A stretch of 64,000 nucleotides of DNA, taken from positions 136 through 64,135 of the forward strand of contig JAKAJP010000003.1 in the NCBI GenBank assembly GCA_021824915.1, in the 5' to 3' direction. The translations under genes were made by a program, and so were the position numbers. The notes beneath the pieces were generated by a model. It searched no databases and was not told where the DNA came from. It saw only the letters and a program-made list of their open reading frames with translations. Shown piece by piece: positions 28,575-38,154 of this stretch; within the stretch, counting starts at the first letter, position 1, and each line of letters begins with the position of its first letter. This DNA comes from a bacterium. GTDB taxonomy: Bacteria; Patescibacteriota; Microgenomatia; UBA8517.

Positions 28575-29162
28575 TTAATAAGCGGCGATGGCAACTCCGA
28601 AGCCGTTTTGGGCATAGATGCAACCCCAAACATATTGGCCGCCGGAAAGTAACTCCTTATGTCCCAAAGTATTTTCCCAAAGAGAAACCGCATCCTCCGG
28701 TGAAGTTGCACCCGCCACTAAAAATTCACTTAAATTATACTTGTCAAAGATCCATTTTAAGTCTGGCCGGTCAGTCGGCATATTGGAAAATCCAACGTGA
28801 CCATCCAGTTTTCCAAGATCAAGAAGTTGATTGAGTCGAATTGATGCAATTGTACAAAGTTCATCGCGGACCGAAAGTGGATTAACCCCAAGTTCGACTC
28901 TTCTTTTATTCACGGCGTCCCAAAGCTGCGGGCCTCCCCATGTCGGATTGGCAGGAGCTGAATAATGAGTTGGAGCCGTAGTTGCAATGGGTTTGGTGGT
29001 TGAGGAAACTTTACTCGAAAGTGCATTTTTCAAAGCCTCCTCGGTATTTGTTACACCACCCCGGTAACCCTGGATGACGCCAACAATATAAGAAGTCATC
29101 GTAACAACAACAAATACTAAAATAAGAAGTGAGCCGCCTAAAAGTCGCGCAAACTTAAACAT
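28575..29162 (-). CDS. CAP/SCP domain membrane protein
   Basis: VNKRR...G..PL, GH.GF, W....GH..LL. Confidence 0.8.
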   Translation of the reverse strand: MFKFARLLGGSLLILVFVVVTMTSYIVGVIQGYRGGVTNTEEALKNALSSKVSSTTKPIATTAPTHYSAPANPTWGGPQLWDAVNKRRVELGVNPLSVRDELCTIASIRLNQLLDLGKLDGHVGFSNMPTDRPDLKWIFDKYNLSEFLVAGATSPEDAVSLWENTLGHKELLSGGQYVWGCIYAQNGFGVAIAAY

Positions 29163-29606
29163 CTAATCAGAGTATATAATAGTTACCGGCCCATCCAAAA
29201 CCGCCTCGATTTCCATATAATCACCAAAGCTTCCGGTTTCAACTTTTATTCCCTTCTCTTTCAATTTAATAATAAATTGCTCATATATTTTACGGGCATC
29301 GTTCGGTAGAGCTGCATTAATAAAACTTGGTCTATTTCCCCCTGTTGTGTCCGCGTGGAGGGTAAATTGAGAAACAACTAAAATCTCTGATTTCGTATCA
29401 ACTACAGACAGATTCATTTTGTTATTCGAGTCCGACATAACCCGAAGCTTGGCGAGTTTATCCACCGATACATTAACCTCCTTTTCGGTATCACCCTTTT
29501 TAACTCCAAGAAGAACAAAGAGCCCGTTACCAATTTCTCCAACAACTTCCCCATCTTCAACTCTGGTCACTCTAGCTTTTTTAACTCTCTGCACAACCAA
29601 TCGCAT
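29163..29606 (-). CDS. dtd: D-aminoacyl-tRNA deacylase
   Basis: VVQRV, SQFTL, GNRPSF, DGPVT. Confidence 0.96.
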   Translation of the reverse strand: MRLVVQRVKKARVTRVEDGEVVGEIGNGLFVLLGVKKGDTEKEVNVSVDKLAKLRVMSDSNNKMNLSVVDTKSEILVVSQFTLHADTTGGNRPSFINAALPNDARKIYEQFIIKLKEKGIKVETGSFGDYMEIEAVLDGPVTIIYSD

Positions 29607-29620
29607 GGAGATATTTTACA

Positions 29621-31147
29621 CTAATCCTCTATCTTGGGACGATATTGCAAAGCCTCAGCAATATGATTAACAGAAATCAATTTTTCACCGGCTAGGTCAG
29701 CAATTGTGCGGGCAATTTTTATCACCTTGAAATAGCTCCTGGCAGTCAAATTCATTACCGAGACAGCACTCGTCAAAAGTCCCTGACACTCGTTGGTGAG
29801 AGCACAATATTTCTTAACATCCCGCGTTGCCATTTCAGCGTTACTTTTTATAGAAGTATTTTTGAATCTTCTTGTCTGAATTTCGCGGGCGGATTGGGTC
29901 CTTTTTTGAATATCTTTTGAGCACTCACGAACGGCTTTATCATCCAAAAGCTTTTGCGTCTCAACTGACGGCACATCAATATGAATGTCTATTCTATCTA
30001 GGATGGGTCCGGAAATTCTCTTTTGGTATCTGGCTACCACTCCGGGCAGACAAGTACATACTCGCTTGGTATCACCAAAATAACCACAAGGGCAGGGATT
30101 ACTAGCTGCAACCAGTAAAAACTTGGCCGGGTAAGTAACGGAGCCTTTGGCTCTTGAAATTGTCACAACTCCATCCTCTATCGGTTGCCTAAGAGCTTCG
30201 AGGACATGTCTGGGAAATTCAGGAAACTCATCCAAAAACAAAACCCCACGATGACTCAAAGAGATTTCACCGGGCAGAGGACTACTTCCTCCGCCAATCA
30301 ATCCAATCCTACTTATTGTGTGATGAGGACTCCTAAAAGGTCTTTTAGTAATAATCGATTCTCCTTCGGGCAAATTACCGGTAATGGAATAGATTTTTGT
30401 CACTTCGAGAGCCTCACTTTCTGTTGGAGTGGGTAAAATCCCGGGAAGTGCCCGGGAAAGCATGGTTTTTCCCGATCCCGGAGTCCCCTTCATGAATAAA
30501 TTGTGCCCACCGGCTGCCGCAACCTCCAAAGCCCTCTTCGCCTGTTCCTGACCGACAATTTCAGAAAAATCAAATTCCGCTTCACTTCTAACCAAAAGGG
30601 TTTTAAGTTTAATATTTTTAGCCGGTTCAATCTGAAGAGTTTTGTTAAAAAATCTAACCAAATCCAAGAGAGAGTTGGCACCATAAACTTTCACCGCAGG
30701 AACAACAGCTGCTTCCTTTTCATTGACTTTAGGAATAAATATTTGTTTATAGTGTTTCTCGCTAGCCAGATAGCTCATGGGCAAAATTCCATTTGTGTGT
30801 CTCAAACCTCCGTCAAGCGAAAGTTCTCCAAAGAACAAAGAGCCGTCAATTTCAGGCGCAATTTGTCCCGAAGCAATCAAAATTCCAAGAGCAATCGGTA
30901 AATCGTAGGCAGGACCCATTTTTGGCAGATCAGCAGGCGCCAAATTTACTGTAATTCTGGTTATTGGAAAGTCGGCTCCGCTATTTTTGATTGCGCTTCT
31001 TACACGCTCCTTAGATTCTTCAACGGCTTTATCCGGAAGACCGACAACTGTAAAACTGGGTAAACCAACCTCTGCCACATCAACTTCAACATCAACTAAC
31101 GTCGCAGATAAACCGACCATAGCACCGGAAGTAACTTTTGAAAGCAT
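29621..31147 (-). CDS. comM: YifB/ComM Mg-chelatase-like AAA+ ATPase
   Basis: VGLPDKAVEES.ERV, NLAPAD, GTPGSGKT, PFRSPHH, LFLDE, ARTIADL. Confidence 0.93.
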   Translation of the reverse strand: MLSKVTSGAMVGLSATLVDVEVDVAEVGLPSFTVVGLPDKAVEESKERVRSAIKNSGADFPITRITVNLAPADLPKMGPAYDLPIALGILIASGQIAPEIDGSLFFGELSLDGGLRHTNGILPMSYLASEKHYKQIFIPKVNEKEAAVVPAVKVYGANSLLDLVRFFNKTLQIEPAKNIKLKTLLVRSEAEFDFSEIVGQEQAKRALEVAAAGGHNLFMKGTPGSGKTMLSRALPGILPTPTESEALEVTKIYSITGNLPEGESIITKRPFRSPHHTISRIGLIGGGSSPLPGEISLSHRGVLFLDEFPEFPRHVLEALRQPIEDGVVTISRAKGSVTYPAKFLLVAASNPCPCGYFGDTKRVCTCLPGVVARYQKRISGPILDRIDIHIDVPSVETQKLLDDKAVRECSKDIQKRTQSAREIQTRRFKNTSIKSNAEMATRDVKKYCALTNECQGLLTSAVSVMNLTARSYFKVIKIARTIADLAGEKLISVNHIAEALQYRPKIED

Positions 31148-31223
31148 TGACTAACATTAGCACATAGTTTCGATAAGTTGAAACCCAGCAAATGAGAAAA
31201 AATTCTGCTACAATACGCCAACC

Positions 31224-31940
31224 GTGGGCAGGAAACTCAAATATAAAAGAGTGCTTCTGAAGCTTACGGGGGAGCTATTTGGAGAAAATGGCGGGAAAGG
31301 AATAAATTTTGCTTCATACGAAAGTATTGCTTCACAACTCATTAATATCTGGAAAAAGACCCAAGTTGATCTGGCAATAGTCGTTGGTGGAGGGAATATA
31401 TTTAGAGGTCGGGAGCGGTCTATACAAGTCGATCAAGCAACAGCAGACTATATGGGTATGTTGGCAACGGTGATTAATGGAATGGCATTACAGGAAGCAC
31501 TTGAAAGACTGGGGGCACCGACACGTATGATGACAGCCTTTGAAATTAAATCCGTAGCCGAACCATACATACGAAGGCGAGCGATAAGGCATATGGAAAA
31601 GGGCAGAATTGTCATTTTTACAGCAGGGACAGGAAGCCCTTTTTTCACAACCGATTCTGGGGCAGCCCTACGCGCAATTGAGATAAATTGCGATGTCATT
31701 CTTAAAGCCTCCGGTGTTGATGGGGTTTATTCAAGCGACCCTAATAAAGACGCAAAAGCCAAAATGTATAAAAATTTGACTTATCAGGAAGCTCTGGAGA
31801 AACACTTAGACGTAATGGATGCCACCGCCTTCGCCCTCTGCCAAAAACACAAAATGCCGATTATTGTCTTCAATATTAAAAACCTCGGAAAACTGGACAA
31901 AATCCTCAAGGGCGAAAAGATTGGAACCCTCGTCTCCTAA
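31224..31940 (+). CDS. pyrH: UMP kinase
   Basis: RVLLKL.GE, GGGNIFRG, ADYMGMLAT, PFFTTD, VDGVY. Confidence 0.96.
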   Translation: MGRKLKYKRVLLKLTGELFGENGGKGINFASYESIASQLINIWKKTQVDLAIVVGGGNIFRGRERSIQVDQATADYMGMLATVINGMALQEALERLGAPTRMMTAFEIKSVAEPYIRRRAIRHMEKGRIVIFTAGTGSPFFTTDSGAALRAIEINCDVILKASGVDGVYSSDPNKDAKAKMYKNLTYQEALEKHLDVMDATAFALCQKHKMPIIVFNIKNLGKLDKILKGEKIGTLVS

Positions 31941-31977
31941 AAGTGAAAAAATGGCCCAAAAGTGGTATACTGGCCTC

Positions 31978-32274
31978 ACTCTGGAGGAAGGATGATCGCC
32001 CTGAGGCTAGCGCAAGCTTACCAATGGGAGGAAAGTCCAGACAGCAGAAAGCAGGGTGTTGAGCGTAAGCTCAAGCGGGCAACCGCCAGTAAGAGCCACA
32101 GAAACTATGTCGGTCTAACTACCCTAAAGGTAGTGAGAAACGAGTGAAAAGAGGCAATCCTCCCCGCTGCAACCTCCGAACAGGTCGTCACAGGCGCTTT
32201 CCCGAGACCTAAAGTGTGAGGGCATAGACAGATGATCATCTAAATACAGAATCTGGCTTACCATCTTCCAGAGT
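31978..32274 (+). ncRNA. rnpB: RNase P RNA, compact form
   Basis: GAGGAAAGTCC, ACAGAAA, GTGAAA, AGACAGATGATC and ACAGAA..GGCTTA conserved regions; P1 actctggagga/tcttccagagt; TG-extended TATACT just upstream. Confidence 0.93.
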
Positions 32275-32306
32275 AAAAAATACTCACGAAAGTGAGTATT
32301 TTTTTG
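32275..32306. terminator. Bidirectional intrinsic terminator
   Basis: aaaaaatactcac-gaaa-gtgagtattttttt. Confidence 0.9.
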
Positions 32307-32347
32307 TAAACAGTGGACGACAAGGTTCTTGAGTGAAGCTAAAGGTT

Positions 32348-32369
32348 CTTACCATCACCAGAGTAAAAA
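32348..32369 (+). repeat. Direct repeat of the rnpB 3' end
   Basis: cttaccatcaccagagtaaaaa versus cttaccatcttccagagtaaaaa (32257-32279). Confidence 0.75.
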
Positions 32370-33344
32370 CTAATCTTTAATGAGGTATTCTTTAACTAAA
32401 ATTTGAGCGGCAATAACGGTGGGAACGGATATAATTGCTCCGACCATTCCTGCAAGTCGGGCACCGACCGCCAAAGCTATTAGAATTATTATTGGGGAGA
32501 CTCCAACAGATTTTTCCATAACTTTTGGTACCAAAACGTAGTTTTCAATCTGATGAACCAAAAAATATAATGCGGCGACTCCAAGACCGGTTATAGGAGA
32601 AATTCCAAACCCAATTAAAACCGCCGGGACTGCAGACATGATGGGACCCAAAAAGGGAACTATCTCAAGAATTCCGGATAAAATAGATAGCGGTAGGGCA
32701 AACGGAATCCCTATTAACTTTAAGCCAATATACACCCCGAGGCCAATAGTAAACATCAAAATTAACTCCCCTCTTGCCCAACCTCCCATTCGCTTCTCGA
32801 GCTTGTCTAGGATAACACCCAGCTCCTTTTTCTTCTCTTCACCAAAAAAGAATCCCAAACTATCCTCAAGCCGATCCCTAGCAACGAGCATATAAAACGC
32901 AAAAACCAAAACTGTTATGATCGCCAAAAGATTGTTAAAGATGGAAAATGTAAACTGAAAAATCTCACCCGGAGCAGTCCCAAAAGATGTTAGAAAACCT
33001 TTAACAACTTGGCTGCTCAAATCCTGAGTAATGCCTATATTTGAAAGGTAAACTGGCAAAGCATTAATAAAACTCGTCGTCTGATCGACAATCGTTGGGA
33101 CAAGTAAAGCAACTACTCCCCCCAAAAGCCCAATAACAACTATATAAGTGATCAGAACAGAGACTGCCCTGGGAATTTTGATCTTTGATAAGCTGCCAAC
33201 CATAGGCTCAAGTATTGTCATCAGAATCAGGGCCACGAAGAGTTCCAGAATTATATCCCTCACTAAATATAGAAACCCCAAAGAAAGAAGCACTAAAACG
33301 GCAAAAATTATCGTCCTATGAGAAATCTCAATTTTCCTGAACAT
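32370..33344 (-). CDS. AI-2E family transporter
   Basis: EIVPFLGP, QIENYVLVPKVM..SVGVSP. Confidence 0.92.
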   Translation of the reverse strand: MFRKIEISHRTIIFAVLVLLSLGFLYLVRDIILELFVALILMTILEPMVGSLSKIKIPRAVSVLITYIVVIGLLGGVVALLVPTIVDQTTSFINALPVYLSNIGITQDLSSQVVKGFLTSFGTAPGEIFQFTFSIFNNLLAIITVLVFAFYMLVARDRLEDSLGFFFGEEKKKELGVILDKLEKRMGGWARGELILMFTIGLGVYIGLKLIGIPFALPLSILSGILEIVPFLGPIMSAVPAVLIGFGISPITGLGVAALYFLVHQIENYVLVPKVMEKSVGVSPIIILIALAVGARLAGMVGAIISVPTVIAAQILVKEYLIKD

Positions 33345-34305
33345 CAGCTGAAGAATACCATTTTTCGACTACCTTTTCCACATCCTTCGAATAGTTTTTT
33401 GCCGAGACATCAAACCAATTTATTCTCTTGTCCTTTTTGAACCACACCAGCTGTCTCCTAACATATTTTTTCTCGTCCCTTTTCCATTCATCAACCACAT
33501 TCTCCTGAGGTACTCCACCTTCAAAATAATCCCGCCACTGACGATATCCCAAGGAAAGCATTGACTGAGAATCCCAATTAACACCGCCTTTAAGTAGTTT
33601 TTCTATTTCAGACTTTATCCCCTCATCTATCCTCTTTTTCACACGATAATCTATTTTCTCATCAATAAAATTTTTATCCGCATTAAGCCCAATAAACAGA
33701 ATATCCATCAAATCTTTCGTATTGCGATTAAATGTATCCTTGTGATCAATAAGATATTGGGACACCTCGATCGCTCTAATCAGTCTTCTGGGATTTTTCT
33801 TGTCCGAGCTATTCATGGACCCGGCGCGGATTGCATCCAGACTTGCCAGTACATCGAAAAGTTCATCCACACTCTTGGTCTCAAAATTTTTTCTTAAATT
33901 GTTATTCTTGGGAATAACAGCGGTCGGAATACCATCAACTACTCCTTTTATATAAAGCCCCGTTCCCCCAACAAGAATGGGGAGTTTTTTCCTCTTGCCA
34001 ATGTCGCCGATTATATATTTTGCAAATTTCAGATACTGCGCAACGCTATACTCACGTTTTGGATCAACCAGATCATAGCCCCAAACTTTAACCCCAGAAA
34101 CCTCGTAGTATCCATATTTTGAGAACCAAGGATATCTAATTTTTGAGCCAAGCGGCAAATCTTTTCCGGTCCCAATATCAACTCCACGGTAAACCTGTCT
34201 AGAGTCTGCAGACACCAACTCTCCACCAAATTTTTTGGCTAAGTTAATGGCCAAAGTAGTTTTTCCGGTTGATGTTGGACCGCAAACAACAAGTAGTCTT
34301 TTCAT
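33328..34305 (-). CDS. miaA: tRNA dimethylallyltransferase
   Basis: GPTSTGKT, SADSRQVY, VGGTGLY, RRLIRAIE, RRQLVWF. Confidence 0.95.
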   Translation of the reverse strand: MKRLLVVCGPTSTGKTTLAINLAKKFGGELVSADSRQVYRGVDIGTGKDLPLGSKIRYPWFSKYGYYEVSGVKVWGYDLVDPKREYSVAQYLKFAKYIIGDIGKRKKLPILVGGTGLYIKGVVDGIPTAVIPKNNNLRKNFETKSVDELFDVLASLDAIRAGSMNSSDKKNPRRLIRAIEVSQYLIDHKDTFNRNTKDLMDILFIGLNADKNFIDEKIDYRVKKRIDEGIKSEIEKLLKGGVNWDSQSMLSLGYRQWRDYFEGGVPQENVVDEWKRDEKKYVRRQLVWFKKDKRINWFDVSAKNYSKDVEKVVEKWYSSADVQEN

Positions 34306-34307
34306 AA

Positions 34308-35090
34308 TCAGCTACTCGCGCTTGAGTACTTTCTAAGGGCAAATTTCCAAAACCGAAGTGAAATAAAAATTGCAACCGCCCCAACCACAAAAGCCAAAAA
34401 AATTCCTGAGGGAGTTGCCAAACCAATAATTGCGCGGACGGGGAGGGTCATCATAATTCCAACCGGAATAAAATATGTTAGAAATCCCTGTAACGGTTGT
34501 TTGTAAATATCAACCGGTAACCTTCCTAAACTAGTCAGGTCTCTATAAATCATTACACTATGATCTATCTCTGTTGTTATTATTGCGAAAGAAAGAATAA
34601 TAATATGAAACGCGGTTGCGATAATAAGACCATTCAAAATAAGTAATATGTAATAGATTGTGTTTTGAAAAGTTGGGTTCATTAAGGTGGAAATATAAAT
34701 GGTTACTATAACAAGCGGAGGGATCGTCAAAAAGTCGATCACATCCGCCCCCCCCATCAAAACTCTAAAAAGAGCACTCATGGGTTTAACCAAAACAAAA
34801 TCAAAATCTCCATTAACTATCATTGGTCTAAACCTATAAACCTCACGGAATAGGAATTGACTGATTACATCAACCACATTAAAGGTTAAGAAGAAAAAAA
34901 TTGCCTGCGTAGAGTTATATCCGGCAAGATTTTTGGTTCCCAGAAGAAGAAAATACAAAAAACCAAAAAAGAATAAGAAGCGTAATATTTTTCCGACCAG
35001 AAATATCGAAAGCGTAAACTTTTGCGTCAAAACCATGGAAAACGAATTTCTACTCATCATCCACCAGATTTTGAAATATTTTTTCATCAC
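34308..35090 (-). CDS. ABC-2 family (DUF990) permease
   Basis: GDFD.VLVKP, P.DIY, YSSASS C-terminus. Confidence 0.88.
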   Translation of the reverse strand: MMKKYFKIWWMMSRNSFSMVLTQKFTLSIFLVGKILRFLFFFGFLYFLLLGTKNLAGYNSTQAIFFFLTFNVVDVISQFLFREVYRFRPMIVNGDFDFVLVKPMSALFRVLMGGADVIDFLTIPPLVIVTIYISTLMNPTFQNTIYYILLILNGLIIATAFHIIILSFAIITTEIDHSVMIYRDLTSLGRLPVDIYKQPLQGFLTYFIPVGIMMTLPVRAIIGLATPSGIFLAFVVGAVAIFISLRFWKFALRKYSSASS

Positions 35091-35091
35091 A

Positions 35092-35895
35092 TTATCTCCC
35101 TATTGATTCATATACTTTTAGACCTTTTTGCCAAATCCAATTCATAAAAAACATTAAAGCAAATGTCCAAAAAATTCCTATAAATATTCCCTTAACTAAA
35201 TCAAGACCAGTCACATTGCCCAAATAAACCTGAACCGGAAAATAAACCAGATAAGGAAAAGGTGTTGCAAGAACCAACGACTGTAAATTTGTCGGAAGGA
35301 CATTTGTGGGAAAAAGGGACCCAGATAAACCTTCAACCACAACAATTAACATTAAAAACTGCGATCCCCATCCGAGCTCCGGTGCCCAAAAAGGAACCGC
35401 ACTAACTACAAAGAGTATGAAAAAATATAAAAACATCGCAATTATAACGCTAAGTAAAAACGTGATAAGCATATATATGTCTTTCTGGAAGAAAAACGGG
35501 GGTTTTAAAATAAAATAAAGAACCATAAATTCAACAGCCGCAAAAACCAAATTCAAAGCCTTACTAGAAACGTCGCGTGTCCACCAATACTTAAAATAAC
35601 TTACCGGCTTGAGTAAATAATTCGATAAATCTCCCTGTGCTATATCAGTTGAGACGTCAACAGCCCTCGAGGAAAAAACTAGAGCACGAACGATCATCAC
35701 CCCAAATACATACGACAAGATTTTTGCCCTATCGTAACCAAAAATTACAGTGTTGGGATTCACAAAAACTGTACTCCAGAGAAAGAACGTTAAAAGGATT
35801 TGAAAAACATTTCTTACTCGCCAGAGAATAAAATTAAGCCTATACGCAAATTCTTCCTGAAAAGAAATCTTGAAGATCTGCCAATATTTCCTCAT
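35092..35895 (-). CDS. ABC-2 family (DUF990) permease
   Basis: YRLNF, GDLSNYLLKP, SG..FP, GLKVY. Confidence 0.88.
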   Translation of the reverse strand: MRKYWQIFKISFQEEFAYRLNFILWRVRNVFQILLTFFLWSTVFVNPNTVIFGYDRAKILSYVFGVMIVRALVFSSRAVDVSTDIAQGDLSNYLLKPVSYFKYWWTRDVSSKALNLVFAAVEFMVLYFILKPPFFFQKDIYMLITFLLSVIIAMFLYFFILFVVSAVPFWAPELGWGSQFLMLIVVVEGLSGSLFPTNVLPTNLQSLVLATPFPYLVYFPVQVYLGNVTGLDLVKGIFIGIFWTFALMFFMNWIWQKGLKVYESIGR

Positions 35896-36878
35896 TGTTT
35901 CAATTCACCCTTGAAAACCTTGCGGATAATGTCTTCTATCGGAACCTCTTCTATTGTCAGGTCTTCAACTGGAAAATTTTGAAGGAGCTCTGCTGCCGCA
36001 ACTGCTGTGGTGCTTCTGGGAACAGAAAGGGTAACCTCCGGAAAACTAATTTTCTTGATCTTACCAATTTTTTCAATTTCCTTTATATTATCTTCGCTCC
36101 CGAGAGTTGCCTTAATAATTTTTTCTTTAGCAAAACGGCCAACCAACTCTTCAAGGGCTCCATCAAAAAGAAGGCGACCCTCATCAATAACAATGACCCT
36201 GCGGGCCAGATCAATAAGATCATCCATGTTGTGGGATGTAAGAATTATTGTGGCATTATATTTTTTATTGTATTCATAGATAAAATCCCTCATTTTTTGT
36301 TGAGCAACCAGATCTAACCCAATTGTGGGCTCATCTAAAAACAAAATTTTAGGTTTATGAAGAAGTGCGGCAACCAGCTCCATCCTCATTCTTTGTCCTA
36401 ATGAAAGTTTTCTGACCGGAGTATTAACAAGTTTTTCAACTTCAACAAGTTCCGTTAACTCCTTCAGGTTTTCTTCATAAACCCTTCTCGGGATTTCATA
36501 AATCGCACGGTTGAGTTCAAATGTCTCAATCGCAGGCAAATCCCACCAAAGCTGATTTTTTTGTCCCATAACAAGCGCGATTTGCTTTAGATATTCAGGG
36601 CGTCTATCCCAAGGGTCATATTCCAGAACTTCCACAAATCCACTCGTCGGATAAAGGAGACCGGAGAGAGTTTTTAGAGTGGTCGTCTTACCTGCTCCAT
36701 TCGGCCCAATAAATCCAACCAGCTCTCCAGGTTGGATCGCAAATGAAATTCCTCTAATTGCGTGAACTTGTTTTGTTTTGGGAGAGAAAAGAGATTTTAA
36801 GGCTCCGGTAATGCCGGGTTCCTTCTCTGTAACTTCAAAATTTTTGACAAGATGATCAACAATAATGGCACGATCCAT
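35892..36878 (-). CDS. ABC transporter ATP-binding protein
   Basis: GPNGAGKTT, QLWWDLP, LSLGQRMR, LDEPTIGLD. Confidence 0.95.
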   Translation of the reverse strand: MDRAIIVDHLVKNFEVTEKEPGITGALKSLFSPKTKQVHAIRGISFAIQPGELVGFIGPNGAGKTTTLKTLSGLLYPTSGFVEVLEYDPWDRRPEYLKQIALVMGQKNQLWWDLPAIETFELNRAIYEIPRRVYEENLKELTELVEVEKLVNTPVRKLSLGQRMRMELVAALLHKPKILFLDEPTIGLDLVAQQKMRDFIYEYNKKYNATIILTSHNMDDLIDLARRVIVIDEGRLLFDGALEELVGRFAKEKIIKATLGSEDNIKEIEKIGKIKKISFPEVTLSVPRSTTAVAAAELLQNFPVEDLTIEEVPIEDIIRKVFKGELKQ

Positions 36879-36899
36879 AGCTAGAGTATAACACGGAGA

Positions 36900-37175
36900 T
36901 CACCTGCTAACCTGTCTTTTTAGTTTTTTGCCGGGAGTAAATCGTGGAGACCTATGGGCTCGAATTGTAACCATTTTATCCGTTTTTGGTATCTTAACGG
37001 TCTTACCTCTCATTGAAATCACTCTGAAAGTCCCGAAGCCAGAAAGTACAACTTTTTCTCCTTTAGAAAGAACTCTACCAATTTCATTTAAGAAAACTTC
37101 AACCGCTTCTTCTGCGGCCTTTTTTGTTAAATGGGCTTTTCTTGCAACCAAATCAATCAATTCAACTTTTGTCAT
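36900..37175 (-). CDS. hup: HU-family DNA-binding protein
   Basis: MTK.ELI..VA, GFGTF, PRFTPGK.LK. Confidence 0.9.
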   Translation of the reverse strand: MTKVELIDLVARKAHLTKKAAEEAVEVFLNEIGRVLSKGEKVVLSGFGTFRVISMRGKTVKIPKTDKMVTIRAHRSPRFTPGKKLKRQVSR

Positions 37176-37230
37176 TTACAAGAGCGAGCTTAATCGAATA
37201 TTAATAAAAAGTCAAGCGTACGGCACTTTT

Positions 37231-38154
37231 TTAGAAACCGTAGTATGAAAGATTAACATCGCCAATTCTTATACGCGGAAGGTCAAAGCGTTGTTTTTTA
37301 CAAAGAACTGAACCGGGAACTGTTCCGAAAGCTAGTTGGTACCCCAAACTTTTTATGTAACTTTCTGCAAAAGGAGTATAACCACCATAAGGATACGCAA
37401 AAACCTTAGGGAGATTTAAACCATGTTCGATAAGTTGGGTATCGGCTGTTGAAATTTCTCTTTGTTGAATTTCACCATCAACGGACGGCAAACTTTTATG
37501 TGACCAAGTATGGTTTGCAAAAAGAGTGAGTCCGTTCATTGAAGACATTTCGTCCCAAACTAAGTAATCGGGATTACCCACCAAGCCGGTCGCTGAAAAC
37601 AACGTCGATTTGAAACCAAGACCTGAAAGAATTGGATAGGCATCCGTATAAAAATCCTGATAGCCATCATCAAACGTCAAAAGAATGCTCTTTGAAGGAA
37701 TGGGGATACCGGCATCAAAAAAATTTATTAAATCTTGCATTGAAACGATGTTGTAACCTTTGTCTTTCAAATACTGCATCTGTTGCCTAAAAACGTCCGT
37801 ATATACCGTTAGGGCGGTTTGTTTTTTCTCAACCGCCAATCCTCGACCTTGAATGTGATGGTACAAAAATGTTGGTAGATAGGTACAAGGACCATAAAGT
37901 ACATTCATTTCTGCGAAACTTAGTGGCTTCGGTGTGGCCTTCGGAGTTGGAGATAAATTTGGGGAAATTGACGGGACAGATTTGGACACAGGATGGCCAA
38001 GAAGTGAGCCAAATTTACTATTTATAATTTTACTAAAACTAGAAGGTCGGACCTCACTTGAATAAACAATTGAAGCAACAGACAGAATAAAAACGGTGCC
38101 AAGCAGTAAATATAAAAAAGATGAAGACTTTATTTTTGACAGGCTTCTTGTCAT
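37231..38154 (-). CDS. Polysaccharide deacetylase (CE4), membrane-anchored
   Basis: LYHHI, LTFDDGY, NHTWSH, FAYPYG. Confidence 0.9.
   Translation of the reverse strand: MTRSLSKIKSSSFLYLLLGTVFILSVASIVYSSEVRPSSFSKIINSKFGSLLGHPVSKSVPSISPNLSPTPKATPKPLSFAEMNVLYGPCTYLPTFLYHHIQGRGLAVEKKQTALTVYTDVFRQQMQYLKDKGYNIVSMQDLINFFDAGIPIPSKSILLTFDDGYQDFYTDAYPILSGLGFKSTLFSATGLVGNPDYLVWDEMSSMNGLTLFANHTWSHKSLPSVDGEIQQREISTADTQLIEHGLNLPKVFAYPYGGYTPFAESYIKSLGYQLAFGTVPGSVLCKKQRFDLPRIRIGDVNLSYYGF

Noticed and set aside
31962-32147. 61-aa ORF in the track
   Set aside because: It overlaps the RNase P RNA and is a shadow ORF.
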